DNA of 48,089 nucleotides, from NCBI GenBank assembly GCA_016840085.1, contig JAEOTA010000074.1:1-48089 (forward strand), in the 5' to 3' direction. Position 1 is the first letter of the stretch; every line of letters begins with the position of its first letter. The notes under the pieces are model-generated. The model was not told the DNA's origin. It worked only from the letters and a program-made list of their open reading frames with translations, and did not search any database. This document shows positions 28,687 through 37,870 of the stretch, one piece after another. Both the position numbers and the translations under genes were made by a program. This stretch comes from Promethearchaeota archaeon (GTDB lineage Archaea > Asgardarchaeota > Lokiarchaeia > Sigyniarchaeales > SOKP01).

Positions 28687-29763
28687 TTAATAATTTCTTT
28701 GATATACAAAATCTGAGAATTCATTGAAGAATAATTTTTGGTCCTTATTTAGGTCAGGATAAACATCTTTTAAATTATTTTTTGCTTGTTCTACTAAATT
28801 TTTTGCTAAATGTTCAGCAATTATTAAAGCGTTCGTCTCGTTAAAAATATCTTTCACTTCTTTAACATCATTCTCTGTTAGGTTATCTTTATGATATATT
28901 TCATTTAATCTCTTAGATTGATTCTCATCAGTATTTTGAATTGCTAAAATATATACTATTTTTGAATGATTTTTTGACCTAATATCATTTTCCATGTCAA
29001 GAATATCATCTCGAATTGCATGGGCTTGACCAATACTTAATAGTGAATCTGATAATGGTTTTATTTGATAATGAATATTTCCCTTAGCTAAAATAGCTCC
29101 AATTTTAGCAGACTTTTCAAACAATCTAGCTCTTTGATATTCAGCTATATTTAAATATTGTTCTAATGTCATAGTAATATTGTGGTAATCCATATACTCT
29201 TCGACTAACTGTCCTTTCATTAAATAGTCCATAGATTCTGTATATTCATTAATAGCCAATAGTTTCAGGTGTTCTGGGAATTTTGAGGATTTCAAAATAT
29301 TTAAACCCAATAAATATCCTTGAGAGCCACCCAGAATCGACATATCTCTGCCATAAAGATTTATTAAATTATCCTTATGAGGAATATTGATATCTTTATA
29401 GACTTGATTTATTTCATTCTTTAACTGCATATGAAATGTAGGTTTACCTCTTCTTGTATTATCATCATCTAAAAGGTCATCATGAATTATATGCCCACTA
29501 TGTAATAATTCAACCGCTATTGATACTTCACGTATTTGATCTATTTGATCTTCTAAATACATTGGATTTACAATACCAGAAAAAGCTGCAGTTAATAATA
29601 TAGGATGAATTCTTTTTGCTTTTTCATTCATTATAAATTCTTCAAGTTGGGTAATAAAATCTTTAAGAAGTAAATCTTTCTCTTGTTTATTTAAATGAGT
29701 AAAGTATTTTTCTAATTCATTGTCGATAAATTGTTTTTCTGTTTTGAAGAAATCCTCTATCAT
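28687..29763 (-). CDS. Polyprenyl diphosphate synthase family protein (divergent)
   Basis: KRIHP, ELLH, FARM IHDDLLDDDNTRRGKPT, GQ, SARM IRDDILD. Confidence 0.85.
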   Translation of the reverse strand: MIEDFFKTEKQFIDNELEKYFTHLNKQEKDLLLKDFITQLEEFIMNEKAKRIHPILLTAAFSGIVNPMYLEDQIDQIREVSIAVELLHSGHIIHDDLLDDDNTRRGKPTFHMQLKNEINQVYKDINIPHKDNLINLYGRDMSILGGSQGYLLGLNILKSSKFPEHLKLLAINEYTESMDYLMKGQLVEEYMDYHNITMTLEQYLNIAEYQRARLFEKSAKIGAILAKGNIHYQIKPLSDSLLSIGQAHAIRDDILDMENDIRSKNHSKIVYILAIQNTDENQSKRLNEIYHKDNLTENDVKEVKDIFNETNALIIAEHLAKNLVEQAKNNLKDVYPDLNKDQKLFFNEFSDFVYQRNY

Positions 29764-29868
29764 GTCATAATCACAAAATTTTCATTAGTATTAATATAAA
29801 ACATATAATAATTTAATTTAATTATATCTAAATTCTATAAATTTTAAACCATATTAGTGTTTTTAAGA

Positions 29869-30381
29869 ATGAAAATAGCAGTTATAAGTGATACACATGA
29901 TAATCGAGATAATATAATAAAAGTTATCTCTATCATTAATGAAAGAAATGTCAATGCAGTTATTCACTGTGGAGATTATGTTGCTCCTTTCGTCAAAGGG
30001 TGGTTTGATAAACTTGGAGATTCGATAAAAAAGAACTTTTATGGAGTTTTTGGCAATAATGATGGTGACAGAGTATTTTTAATGCAAAATTTAGGCCAAA
30101 TTTGTGAATTTGCTCAGAATGGTAATGAATTAATTCTCGAATTGGGAGGAAAGAAAATTTTTGCATCACATATGCCTAAACAAGAGACTTTAGAAGCATT
30201 AGCTCATTCAGGTAAATTTGATATTATCTTATCAGGTCATACCCATTCGTTAGTAATCAATAAGTATGAGAATGGTGTTTTAGTAGTAAATCCCGGTGAA
30301 GTTTGTGGTTATTTAACAGGCAAATCGACGTTTGTAATAATAGATACTGACAAAATGGAAGCAGAGACAATTGAATTGTAA
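29869..30381 (+). CDS. YfcE/MJ0936-family metallophosphoesterase
   Basis: ISDTHDN, HCGD, GNND, GHTH, NPG. Start revised to ATG 29869. Confidence 0.92.
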   Translation: MKIAVISDTHDNRDNIIKVISIINERNVNAVIHCGDYVAPFVKGWFDKLGDSIKKNFYGVFGNNDGDRVFLMQNLGQICEFAQNGNELILELGGKKIFASHMPKQETLEALAHSGKFDIILSGHTHSLVINKYENGVLVVNPGEVCGYLTGKSTFVIIDTDKMEAETIEL

Positions 30382-30444
30382 AGTATTTATTGATTTTTTC
30401 CTTATCTTATTTTATTTATCTTAATTCTTCTTAATGTTATTTGA

Positions 30445-31884
30445 ATGGCAAAATTATCTCCGATAAGGATTTATAAAGATTTTACACGAGGAAGGTTAGA
30501 TAAGGGTAAAGCCTCAGATTTAATAATTTCTTTAATAGAAAATACAAATGTTCAAGATTATAAATCCGAGATTTTAAGCATTAAACTCTTAGGTTTAATA
30601 GGATCAAAAGAATTAAGGATTTATAAGTTTCTTGAAAATTTATTGATTTCACACATGAATGAAAATATTCGAGGATTTGCTGCTAGTGTTATTATTAAGA
30701 ATTTCCCTAATAAAGCGTTCAATCCGATAACATGGGCGTTGAATAAAGAGCAATCAGAATCCTGTCTAATTCTAATAATCAAAGCATTAGAAAAAGTTGA
30801 AGATCCCAAATTAAAATCTTTATTGAATATTAGAAAACATGTTAGTTATGAAGGAAATATTTATTTTCCTTTTGGAGCTGATCTGGCACTTAATTTAAAT
30901 AATAAAAATGTTGATGATATTTCAAGAGTTAAGGGTTTAAGAGCTTTAACAAATATTAAAAAGTTATTTTTAAATTTTAATCAAATTACTGAAATAAAAG
31001 GCTTGAATAACTTAATTAATTTGCAAACATTGCAACTTCAAGGTAATAGAATAAGAGAAATTAAGGGATTGGAAAAACTCAATAAGTTAGAGTATTTATA
31101 CTTAAATAATAATGAAATATCAAAGATTCAAAATATAAATTACCTTCCATATCTAAAATCGTTACAACTTTATGATAATAGAATTTCTAGTATCCAAAAA
31201 TTAGATAGTTTAATGAAACTAGAGATATTAAATCTTCGGAATAATAACATTATTGAAATTAAGGGATTAGAGGATCTTACGAATTTAAAGCGACTTGATC
31301 TAAGTAATAATCAAATATCTAAAATTAAAGGATTAGAGAATCTCAGTAAATTAGAATTTTTAGATCTTAGTCATAATCAGATATCAGTTATTAGTGGAAT
31401 AGACGCTTTAAAAGAATTAAAGTTCTTGGATCTTAGAAATAATGAAATTAATAAAATTAATGGTTTGATAAATTTAAAAAAATTAAATTTAGAAAAATTA
31501 CAACATTTATATCTAGGATTTAATAGAATCTCAGAGACGGAAGATTTTGATATGTCTAATGATATTAAAATCCTTGATAAACTAAAAATTGAAAGTAATA
31601 ATCTACCAAATTCTTCTTTTGATTTTTACAATTCAAAAAAAATGTTTGAAAGTCTTAGTAATAAACAAGAGTTAGAAATAAGAGATATTAAATTTATATC
31701 ACCTTTATTAAAAAGACCAATTTTAATTAAAGAGTTTAAGCAAGGAAAAAATTTGTTAGATTCTTTGATGAATTCTTTATGGATAATTATCTGGAATAAC
31801 TATGAGTTTGAAATTTTTAGATTAAGCAAATCTGGAAAGATAACATGGTTTCAAAAAAATAAAAAACGTTTTCTATTTAGATAA
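30445..31884 (+). CDS. HEAT-repeat plus SDS22-type leucine-rich repeat protein
   Basis: About ten 22-aa repeats L..L.L..N.I..I.GL..L. N-terminal FLENLLIS..NENIRGFAA HEAT-like segment. Confidence 0.9.
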   Translation: MAKLSPIRIYKDFTRGRLDKGKASDLIISLIENTNVQDYKSEILSIKLLGLIGSKELRIYKFLENLLISHMNENIRGFAASVIIKNFPNKAFNPITWALNKEQSESCLILIIKALEKVEDPKLKSLLNIRKHVSYEGNIYFPFGADLALNLNNKNVDDISRVKGLRALTNIKKLFLNFNQITEIKGLNNLINLQTLQLQGNRIREIKGLEKLNKLEYLYLNNNEISKIQNINYLPYLKSLQLYDNRISSIQKLDSLMKLEILNLRNNNIIEIKGLEDLTNLKRLDLSNNQISKIKGLENLSKLEFLDLSHNQISVISGIDALKELKFLDLRNNEINKINGLINLKKLNLEKLQHLYLGFNRISETEDFDMSNDIKILDKLKIESNNLPNSSFDFYNSKKMFESLSNKQELEIRDIKFISPLLKRPILIKEFKQGKNLLDSLMNSLWIIIWNNYEFEIFRLSKSGKITWFQKNKKRFLFR

Positions 31885-31951
31885 ATTAATGAAATCTTTT
31901 TACCACGATTTTCGAAAATTTTTTTATTGAATTACATAATTTTTAATTATC

Positions 31952-33154
31952 ATGTTACCTTTAGAAGGAAAAGTCGTTTTAGATCTTTCAAGGATGTTAC
32001 CTGGTCCATATTGCTCAATGATACTTAGTGATCTTGGAGCAGAAGTTATTCGTATTGAGGACCCAAATTACGCTTATAGTAATCCTCCGCCATTCTATCA
32101 AAAAGGTGCTTATAGAGAAAGTGCATTTCATTCCATTCTAATGAGAAATAAAAAGTCTATTACTCTTAACCTAAAAAAAAAAGAAGCAAAGGAAATCTTC
32201 TATGAATTAGTAAAGCACTCAGACGTTGTTCTCGATACTTTTAGACCTAAAATAATGGAAAAACTAAAAATTGATTATAACACATTATCTTTAATAAATC
32301 CCTCAATAATTTGCTGTTCTCTAACTGGATATGGTCAGTATGGTCCTTATGAACAAATTGCGGGTCATGATCTTAATTACATAGGAATATGTGGAATTTT
32401 AGATTTGAATAAAGAAAGAAAGATTTTTAGTAAGGAAGATGAAATTAGATCCCCTATAAATCCAGGTTTTCAAGCAGCTGATATAGGTGGTGCATTGGTT
32501 ACAGCAATAGGAATTTTAGGTGCTATAATTGAAAGAGAAAATAACCCCGAGAGAAAAGGTCAATATATCGATATTTCAATGACAGATTCAGTTTTTTCTT
32601 TTATCCCCTTAGTATCAGCTTATCATTTTTCAAATGATTTAAGTGATGGAAAAGATTTATTGCATGGAGACTTTCCATTTTATTCAGTTTATAAAACTAA
32701 AGATAATAAATTTTTATCTGTTGGAATTATTGAAGTTAAATTTTGGAGAGAGTTCTGTAAAGGACTCAAGCGTGATGATTTATTGTTGAAACAGTTTGCT
32801 CAAGGTATAGCAAGGGAGCATTTATTTGTGGAAATTCAAAATGAATTTTTAAAGAAAACACAAAAAGAATGGATGGAAATGTTTATTAACTTAGATGCAT
32901 GTGTTATGCCGGTAAAATCTTTTGCTGAGGCCTGTGAAGACCCTCAAATAAAAGCACGTAATATGTTGGTTGAAATAGATCATCCCAAATTAGGAAAAAT
33001 CCAGAATATAGCTTCACCTATCAAATATTCTCGAACTCCATTAACCATAAGAAGTACCTCTCCCAAAATTGGACAAAACACCAAAGAAATTTTAAAAAAA
33101 TTGGGATATACCAAGGATGAGATTCGAGAATTTTTAAAAAAAGGGATAATTTAG
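31952..33154 (+). CDS. CaiB/BaiF family III CoA-transferase (alpha-methylacyl-CoA racemase-like)
   Basis: PLEG..VLDLSRMLPGP, RNKKSITLNLK, GYGQ.GPY, GHDLNY, ADIGG. Confidence 0.93.
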   Translation: MLPLEGKVVLDLSRMLPGPYCSMILSDLGAEVIRIEDPNYAYSNPPPFYQKGAYRESAFHSILMRNKKSITLNLKKKEAKEIFYELVKHSDVVLDTFRPKIMEKLKIDYNTLSLINPSIICCSLTGYGQYGPYEQIAGHDLNYIGICGILDLNKERKIFSKEDEIRSPINPGFQAADIGGALVTAIGILGAIIERENNPERKGQYIDISMTDSVFSFIPLVSAYHFSNDLSDGKDLLHGDFPFYSVYKTKDNKFLSVGIIEVKFWREFCKGLKRDDLLLKQFAQGIAREHLFVEIQNEFLKKTQKEWMEMFINLDACVMPVKSFAEACEDPQIKARNMLVEIDHPKLGKIQNIASPIKYSRTPLTIRSTSPKIGQNTKEILKKLGYTKDEIREFLKKGII

Positions 33155-33161
33155 GTTTTTA

Positions 33162-33554
33162 TCATAAGAACTGGAATTCGAGAAGTATTATCAATATTGA
33201 AATTAAAAGAGAAACAAATGTAAATACAATTAAGGCAACAAACATTGGCCAATCTTTTAACTGTCCATAAAAACCTGCTGCGTTTATCGTAGAATAAATT
33301 GCCATCCCAATAGCAATAAAGAATAGCGCTACGCCCCACGATTGATTCATTATTAATCCAATTCCTCCAATTATTAGTATGAGAGATGTTAGAAATTCAG
33401 CAACTAAATGAAAAAATATTTGTGTCGGCTTAGTCTTAAGTTCTGGTACTTCTCTCTTCACTAATAATAAAAGCCACATACACAACATAGCGATTCCTAT
33501 TATAATTGTATAAACTGAAGCAATTATTTCTATAACTATTGTACTCACCTTCAA
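33162..33554 (-). CDS. Small 4-TM membrane protein
   Basis: Four hydrophobic helices, FHLVAE motif. An SD (aaggtga) lies inside the annotated start, suggesting initiation at ATA 33539. Confidence 0.7.
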   Translation of the reverse strand: MKVSTIVIEIIASVYTIIIGIAMLCMWLLLLVKREVPELKTKPTQIFFHLVAEFLTSLILIIGGIGLIMNQSWGVALFFIAIGMAIYSTINAAGFYGQLKDWPMFVALIVFTFVSLLISILIILLEFQFL

Positions 33555-33658
33555 AGTTTTAATTAAATCAAATTTATTAATAATTAAATTTAATTAAATT
33601 TTTTGTAAATTAAAATTACCTAAATTAGCATTCAGAATTAATCGGATTCTTTTATGAT

Positions 33659-33832
33659 CTAGTCATAAAAATCAAATACAACTTTCACAGCATGAAATTA
33701 CGATTTATTTGCTAATAAATTGAAAGCATCTTGATAATTTTCAAGTGGAAAGTTATGAGTAATTAAAAGGGAGGGATCAATTCTTTTTGCTGCCAGAAAT
33801 TCCATAAAAAATTCAGACGCATGAGATCTCTT
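33659..33832 (-). pseudogene. C-terminal remnant of a medium-chain (zinc-binding) dehydrogenase
   Basis: KRSHASEFFMEFLAAKRIDPSLLITHNFPLENYQDAFNLLANKS*FHAVKVVFDFYD*: the ITH.FPL....AF...KVV tail with an internal stop and no N-terminus. Confidence 0.7.
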
Positions 33833-33954
33833 ACTATTTCAAATTTTAAAGATGAGTATCAAGATCACAAAATCATATTTATCTTAAAACTGAAAAAATA
33901 TCAAAGTTATTTATAATCATTAGTAAAAAATGTACGAGTTATATGTGAATTACT

Positions 33955-34455
33955 ATGAATATAGATTCAAAATTATATAAGATGATAAAATCATCAGGAA
34001 TAGATCTAATCTTATCATTGCCTTGTATTATGTTAAAGGATTTATTGAATATTATTGATATAAAAAAAGAAATTCAACATATTCCAATAACGCGAGAAGA
34101 GGAAGGGGTAGGAATAGCTGCTGGCGCTTACTTAGGTGGAAGAACTCCGGCAATATTAATACAAAATTCTGGTCTAGGTAATTCAATTAATGCCATAAAA
34201 TCTCTATTACAATTATATAAGATTCCTGTTGTATTTATAATGAGTCATAGAGGAGCTGAGGGAGAAAAGATAATTGCGCAAATTCCAATGGGTCAACTTA
34301 CACCTAATTTATTAGATCTATTATCTTTTAAAAAATTCATAATAGATTCGACCGAAAAAATTAAAGATATAGAAAAAGCTGTTAATTTTAGTAAAAAATC
34401 ACTAGATTCAGTAGGCATTCTCTTAAAAAAACAATTATGGGGGAAAATAATATGA
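33955..34455 (+). CDS. comD: Sulfopyruvate decarboxylase subunit alpha
   Basis: SLPC..L, TREEEGVGIAAGAYLGG, QNSGLGNSINA, SHRG..GE.I.AQ.PMG. Confidence 0.85.
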   Translation: MNIDSKLYKMIKSSGIDLILSLPCIMLKDLLNIIDIKKEIQHIPITREEEGVGIAAGAYLGGRTPAILIQNSGLGNSINAIKSLLQLYKIPVVFIMSHRGAEGEKIIAQIPMGQLTPNLLDLLSFKKFIIDSTEKIKDIEKAVNFSKKSLDSVGILLKKQLWGKII

Positions 34456-35009
34456 AAAGATATGATGTTATAAAAAAGATTGTTCAGTCTTTAGATGATG
34501 AGATAATTATCTGTAACCTTGGAGCGCCTTCGAGAGAATTATATAACATCAAAGATCGAAATGAAAATTTTTATATGCTCGGATCGATGGGCTTAGTTTC
34601 TTCTATTTCTTTTGGTGTAGCTATTTCTAAACCAAATAAAAGAGTGATATGTATTGATGGAGATGGATCTTTATTGATGAATCTAGGCAGTTTATGTACA
34701 ATTGCAAATAACCATCCACAAAATCTAACTGTAATAACCATAGATAATTCTTCATATGGTTCTACGGGTGATCAAAAGACTTATACAAGTAATAAAACAA
34801 ATCTGGAGGTTATAGCAAAGGGCGCAGGATTTGAATCTATTATTGTAATAAAGAAAGTAGAAGATATAATCCCAAGGTTGAAGAATTTAGGAGTTGGATG
34901 TCATTTTGTACTAATTAAAGTTGATCCTGGAAATGCTCAAGTAGAAAATGTCCCATTACTACCTGAAGAACTTAAGGAGCGTTTTATGAAAGTGATTTCT
35001 AGGGAATAA
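34452..35009 (+). CDS. comE: Sulfopyruvate decarboxylase subunit beta
   Basis: NLG.PSRELY, NFYMLGSMGL, TPP motif DGDGSLLMN...DN..YGSTG.Q. ATGA overlap with comD places the start at 34452. Confidence 0.85.
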   Translation: MKRYDVIKKIVQSLDDEIIICNLGAPSRELYNIKDRNENFYMLGSMGLVSSISFGVAISKPNKRVICIDGDGSLLMNLGSLCTIANNHPQNLTVITIDNSSYGSTGDQKTYTSNKTNLEVIAKGAGFESIIVIKKVEDIIPRLKNLGVGCHFVLIKVDPGNAQVENVPLLPEELKERFMKVISRE

Positions 35010-35129
35010 TTAAAATCAGGTTAATGGATTTTATTTAAAGTTGTTTTTATAAATTGATTAGGGATAATTTTAATTAAGAACACACTTATTATTTTTTTAG
35101 ATAATATATCTAAATTTGGAATAGTTAAA

Positions 35130-36764
35130 ATGTCAGAGGATTTCAAAAAACCGATTGATGATGAAAAATCTAAAAAAGATGATTTAAAAAAAGAAAATTT
35201 AGAATTTGATTTAGAAAAGGAAGAAATTAATGACGAGAATCAAAAACAAAAAATAGGTAAACCTGTTGTTATTAGAGCAGATGCTTATAAGACAATAATT
35301 TTATATGCCAGTAGATACGCAAATAAATCAATTCCTTCTGAAGAATGGAAAGAAATATATGGTATTTTAATTGGTAGTTCGGATGAAGAATTAGTATATA
35401 TAGAACACGCTGAAGCCTTAACTTTTGGGCATGCTACAGATGTTCAGTTGGATGAAAGACATTATGGATTTATTGAGGAAATTCAAGAGAGACTTGATAA
35501 AGATGGAAAGGAATACTATATGGTTGGATGGTTTCATAGTCATCCAGGTTTAAACTTATTCTTTTCATATATAGATTTAATTAACCAATTAGGCTTTCAA
35601 CAAAATAATGATGATTTTTGTGGGTTAGTATTTGATCACACGCTTCTAGGAAAGAAGAAAGAAGAAAAAATTATAGGTGAAGATGGTTTAGAACATTCTA
35701 TGACAAAATATGATACTGGTTTTGAGATTTACCGAATAACCGATGTAAATATGGATGTTAATGATCCAGAATATGATAACAATTATCATAAAGTAGACTA
35801 TATTATAGATGGATTAAGTAAATATTTTTTTGCAAATGTTTTATCTGAATTATCTGCTCTTGTTACAGAAGGGAAACCTCTGCAATCCGCATATAAGGAA
35901 CAATTTACATCAAAATTTAATGATCTTGAAACCATAGATATAAAAACAGAAATCGAAGAAAATATTTTACCTCCTACTTCTAATCTAAATGAAATTCCAA
36001 GTAGAGATATGTTAACAGAGATACCTATGGATGAAGATATCTCATTTAATGTCGATGATTTTTTCTATGGTCAAGTTAATGGAGAAAAAAGAGAAGGAGA
36101 GAAAAAAATAAAAGAAGAGGCAGAGCAATTAATTTATGAGGGAAATCAAGCTTTTGAGAATAAGGATGCATTTTCTGGAATTGAAAAATATAAAAAAGGG
36201 ATTAAAAATTATAAAGAGATAAAAGACTACAATAGAGTTATGGAATTGTTAAGAGTCGTATCTCAAAAGTGTATTTCTAATAATCATCTAGTTTTTGCAA
36301 AAGAATTTACAGAAGATCTACAAAAACTAGCTAAAAAACAAAAAAATCTTTTTTATATTGGTGTTACCAATTACACATTAGGATATTTACTATTAAAAAA
36401 AGGAGAAAATGAAGTTTTAGAAGAAGCTTTGAATAAAATACAGAGCGCTGCTGTAAATTTCGAAAATGAAGGCGATTACGCGGGAGCTGGCATGTGTTTT
36501 AATAAAATTGGAACAATCTATCAATCAAGGTTAAATAAATTAGAAAATGCTTGTTTATTCTATAAAGCTGCAATTGAAAATTTTAATAAAGCAATTTTAA
36601 AGGGTCACCCTTTAAGAACCTCTTTTTGGAATAAATATAATAGACTAATATCAAAAATTGTAGAATTAAGAGACATCATTGAAGAACTAATACCTAATCT
36701 TAAGAATATCAAATTAAAGAACAAAATATTAGGAGACCTAAAGAATTTGCATTATAATTTCTAA
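35130..36764 (+). CDS. MPN+/JAMM metalloprotease domain, acidic linker and TPR/SNAP-like helical repeats
   Basis: KEIYGILIG...VGWFHSHPGLNLFFSYID is an intact E-HxH-x7-S-x2-D motif. C-terminal helical repeats (AGAGMCFNKIGTIY). Confidence 0.85.
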   Translation: MSEDFKKPIDDEKSKKDDLKKENLEFDLEKEEINDENQKQKIGKPVVIRADAYKTIILYASRYANKSIPSEEWKEIYGILIGSSDEELVYIEHAEALTFGHATDVQLDERHYGFIEEIQERLDKDGKEYYMVGWFHSHPGLNLFFSYIDLINQLGFQQNNDDFCGLVFDHTLLGKKKEEKIIGEDGLEHSMTKYDTGFEIYRITDVNMDVNDPEYDNNYHKVDYIIDGLSKYFFANVLSELSALVTEGKPLQSAYKEQFTSKFNDLETIDIKTEIEENILPPTSNLNEIPSRDMLTEIPMDEDISFNVDDFFYGQVNGEKREGEKKIKEEAEQLIYEGNQAFENKDAFSGIEKYKKGIKNYKEIKDYNRVMELLRVVSQKCISNNHLVFAKEFTEDLQKLAKKQKNLFYIGVTNYTLGYLLLKKGENEVLEEALNKIQSAAVNFENEGDYAGAGMCFNKIGTIYQSRLNKLENACLFYKAAIENFNKAILKGHPLRTSFWNKYNRLISKIVELRDIIEELIPNLKNIKLKNKILGDLKNLHYNF

Positions 36765-36849
36765 ATATCTACTTTAAAACTTTTATTCTTCTACATTTTA
36801 ATAAAAATTAAATTTTAAGAATCATTATTTTACATACTTCTTTTGGTGA

Positions 36850-37545
36850 TTGCTTATTCCCAGACGTAAACAAAAAATTAAATATTCTAGAAAAGTAGTT
36901 TGTAAACATCTTGAACCTAAGGGTGATATAAGTACCAGCCTCCAATCATTATGCTATTGCTCGACTAGAGATTTAACCCTAGGAACTCGAGCATATGTTT
37001 GTCAAGTATGTGAACTATATGAACCTGTAAAAAGTAATCGTAGATTCGCAGATTTGTATGACGAAAGCAAAAAAATTGCAGAAAAGAAAATTAAAGAAAA
37101 GCAAATTAGATTAGACGAATATGAACTTGCTGCAATAAAATCAGATGAAGAAATAGATTTATCTATTGAGGAATTTGAAGAAGAAGATGAAGAGACTCCA
37201 TTGAAATTTGAAAAAAGAAAAGCAGGAAAAGCAGGTATTGAGGATTCTGAAGAATTTGCTGAAGTTGAATGCCCATTCTGCGGAGAATTATTTGATGATC
37301 TCGCATCACATATTCAAAGTTGTGAATTTGCACCTGATGATGCAAGTATTGAGGATATTATGCCAACTAAAGGGAAGAAAAAAAAGAAAAAAAAAGGCAG
37401 TGCTAAAGCAGAAACAGTGGAAAAAGGGTCTGCTGAAAAACAAAAATGTCCATATTGTGGAAAAGAATTCATTAGGCTTGGAAGACATTTAAATTCTTGC
37501 CCTAAGAAACCTAAAGATGCTGATGATGATATGAGCAAAGAATAA
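36850..37545 (+). CDS. Multi-zinc-finger protein with two C2HC (UBZ-like) fingers
   Basis: CPFC-x9-HIQSC and CPYC-x9-HLNSC; N-terminal CKH..CYC..CQVC cluster; acidic and poly-Lys tracts. SD spacing suggests an ATT start at 36856. Confidence 0.7.
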   Translation: MLIPRRKQKIKYSRKVVCKHLEPKGDISTSLQSLCYCSTRDLTLGTRAYVCQVCELYEPVKSNRRFADLYDESKKIAEKKIKEKQIRLDEYELAAIKSDEEIDLSIEEFEEEDEETPLKFEKRKAGKAGIEDSEEFAEVECPFCGELFDDLASHIQSCEFAPDDASIEDIMPTKGKKKKKKKGSAKAETVEKGSAEKQKCPYCGKEFIRLGRHLNSCPKKPKDADDDMSKE

Positions 37546-37595
37546 TTTAATTTATTAGATAATAAATAACTTAATAGAATCTTAATTTTACAAAA

Positions 37596-37787
37596 ATGCA
37601 ACAACGTAATGAGATATATTATTGTAGACCTGTTTTTCGACCTCCAAGCGAAGCTAACTCTCTATTAATACAAGTTTCTGAAGGATGTAGTTTTAAATGC
37701 GATTTTTGTATGTCGAATTTACGAAAGAAATTCTTAATTAGAGAAATAGAAGAGATTAAAAAAGATTTAGATATTAACTTCCTTTGA
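37596..37787 (+). pseudogene. 5' fragment of a radical SAM gene
   Basis: VFRPPSEANSLLIQVSEGCSFKCDFC...IREIEEIKKDLD matches the N-terminus of 25194-26117 but stops after 63 aa. Confidence 0.8.
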
Positions 37788-37870
37788 AACTGATATATTA
37801 GAAAAAAAATCCCCTCTTTTTTCTCTAATTGAAGAGGAAAAGACCAATAAAGAAAAAGTAGATGAAGAGT

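Noticed and set aside
28079-29763. Rab-like GTPase adjacent to a prenyl synthase, suggesting prenylation
   Set aside because: The genes are convergent, the GTPase lacks a C-terminal Cys motif, and the enzyme is a chain-elongating synthase, not a protein prenyltransferase.
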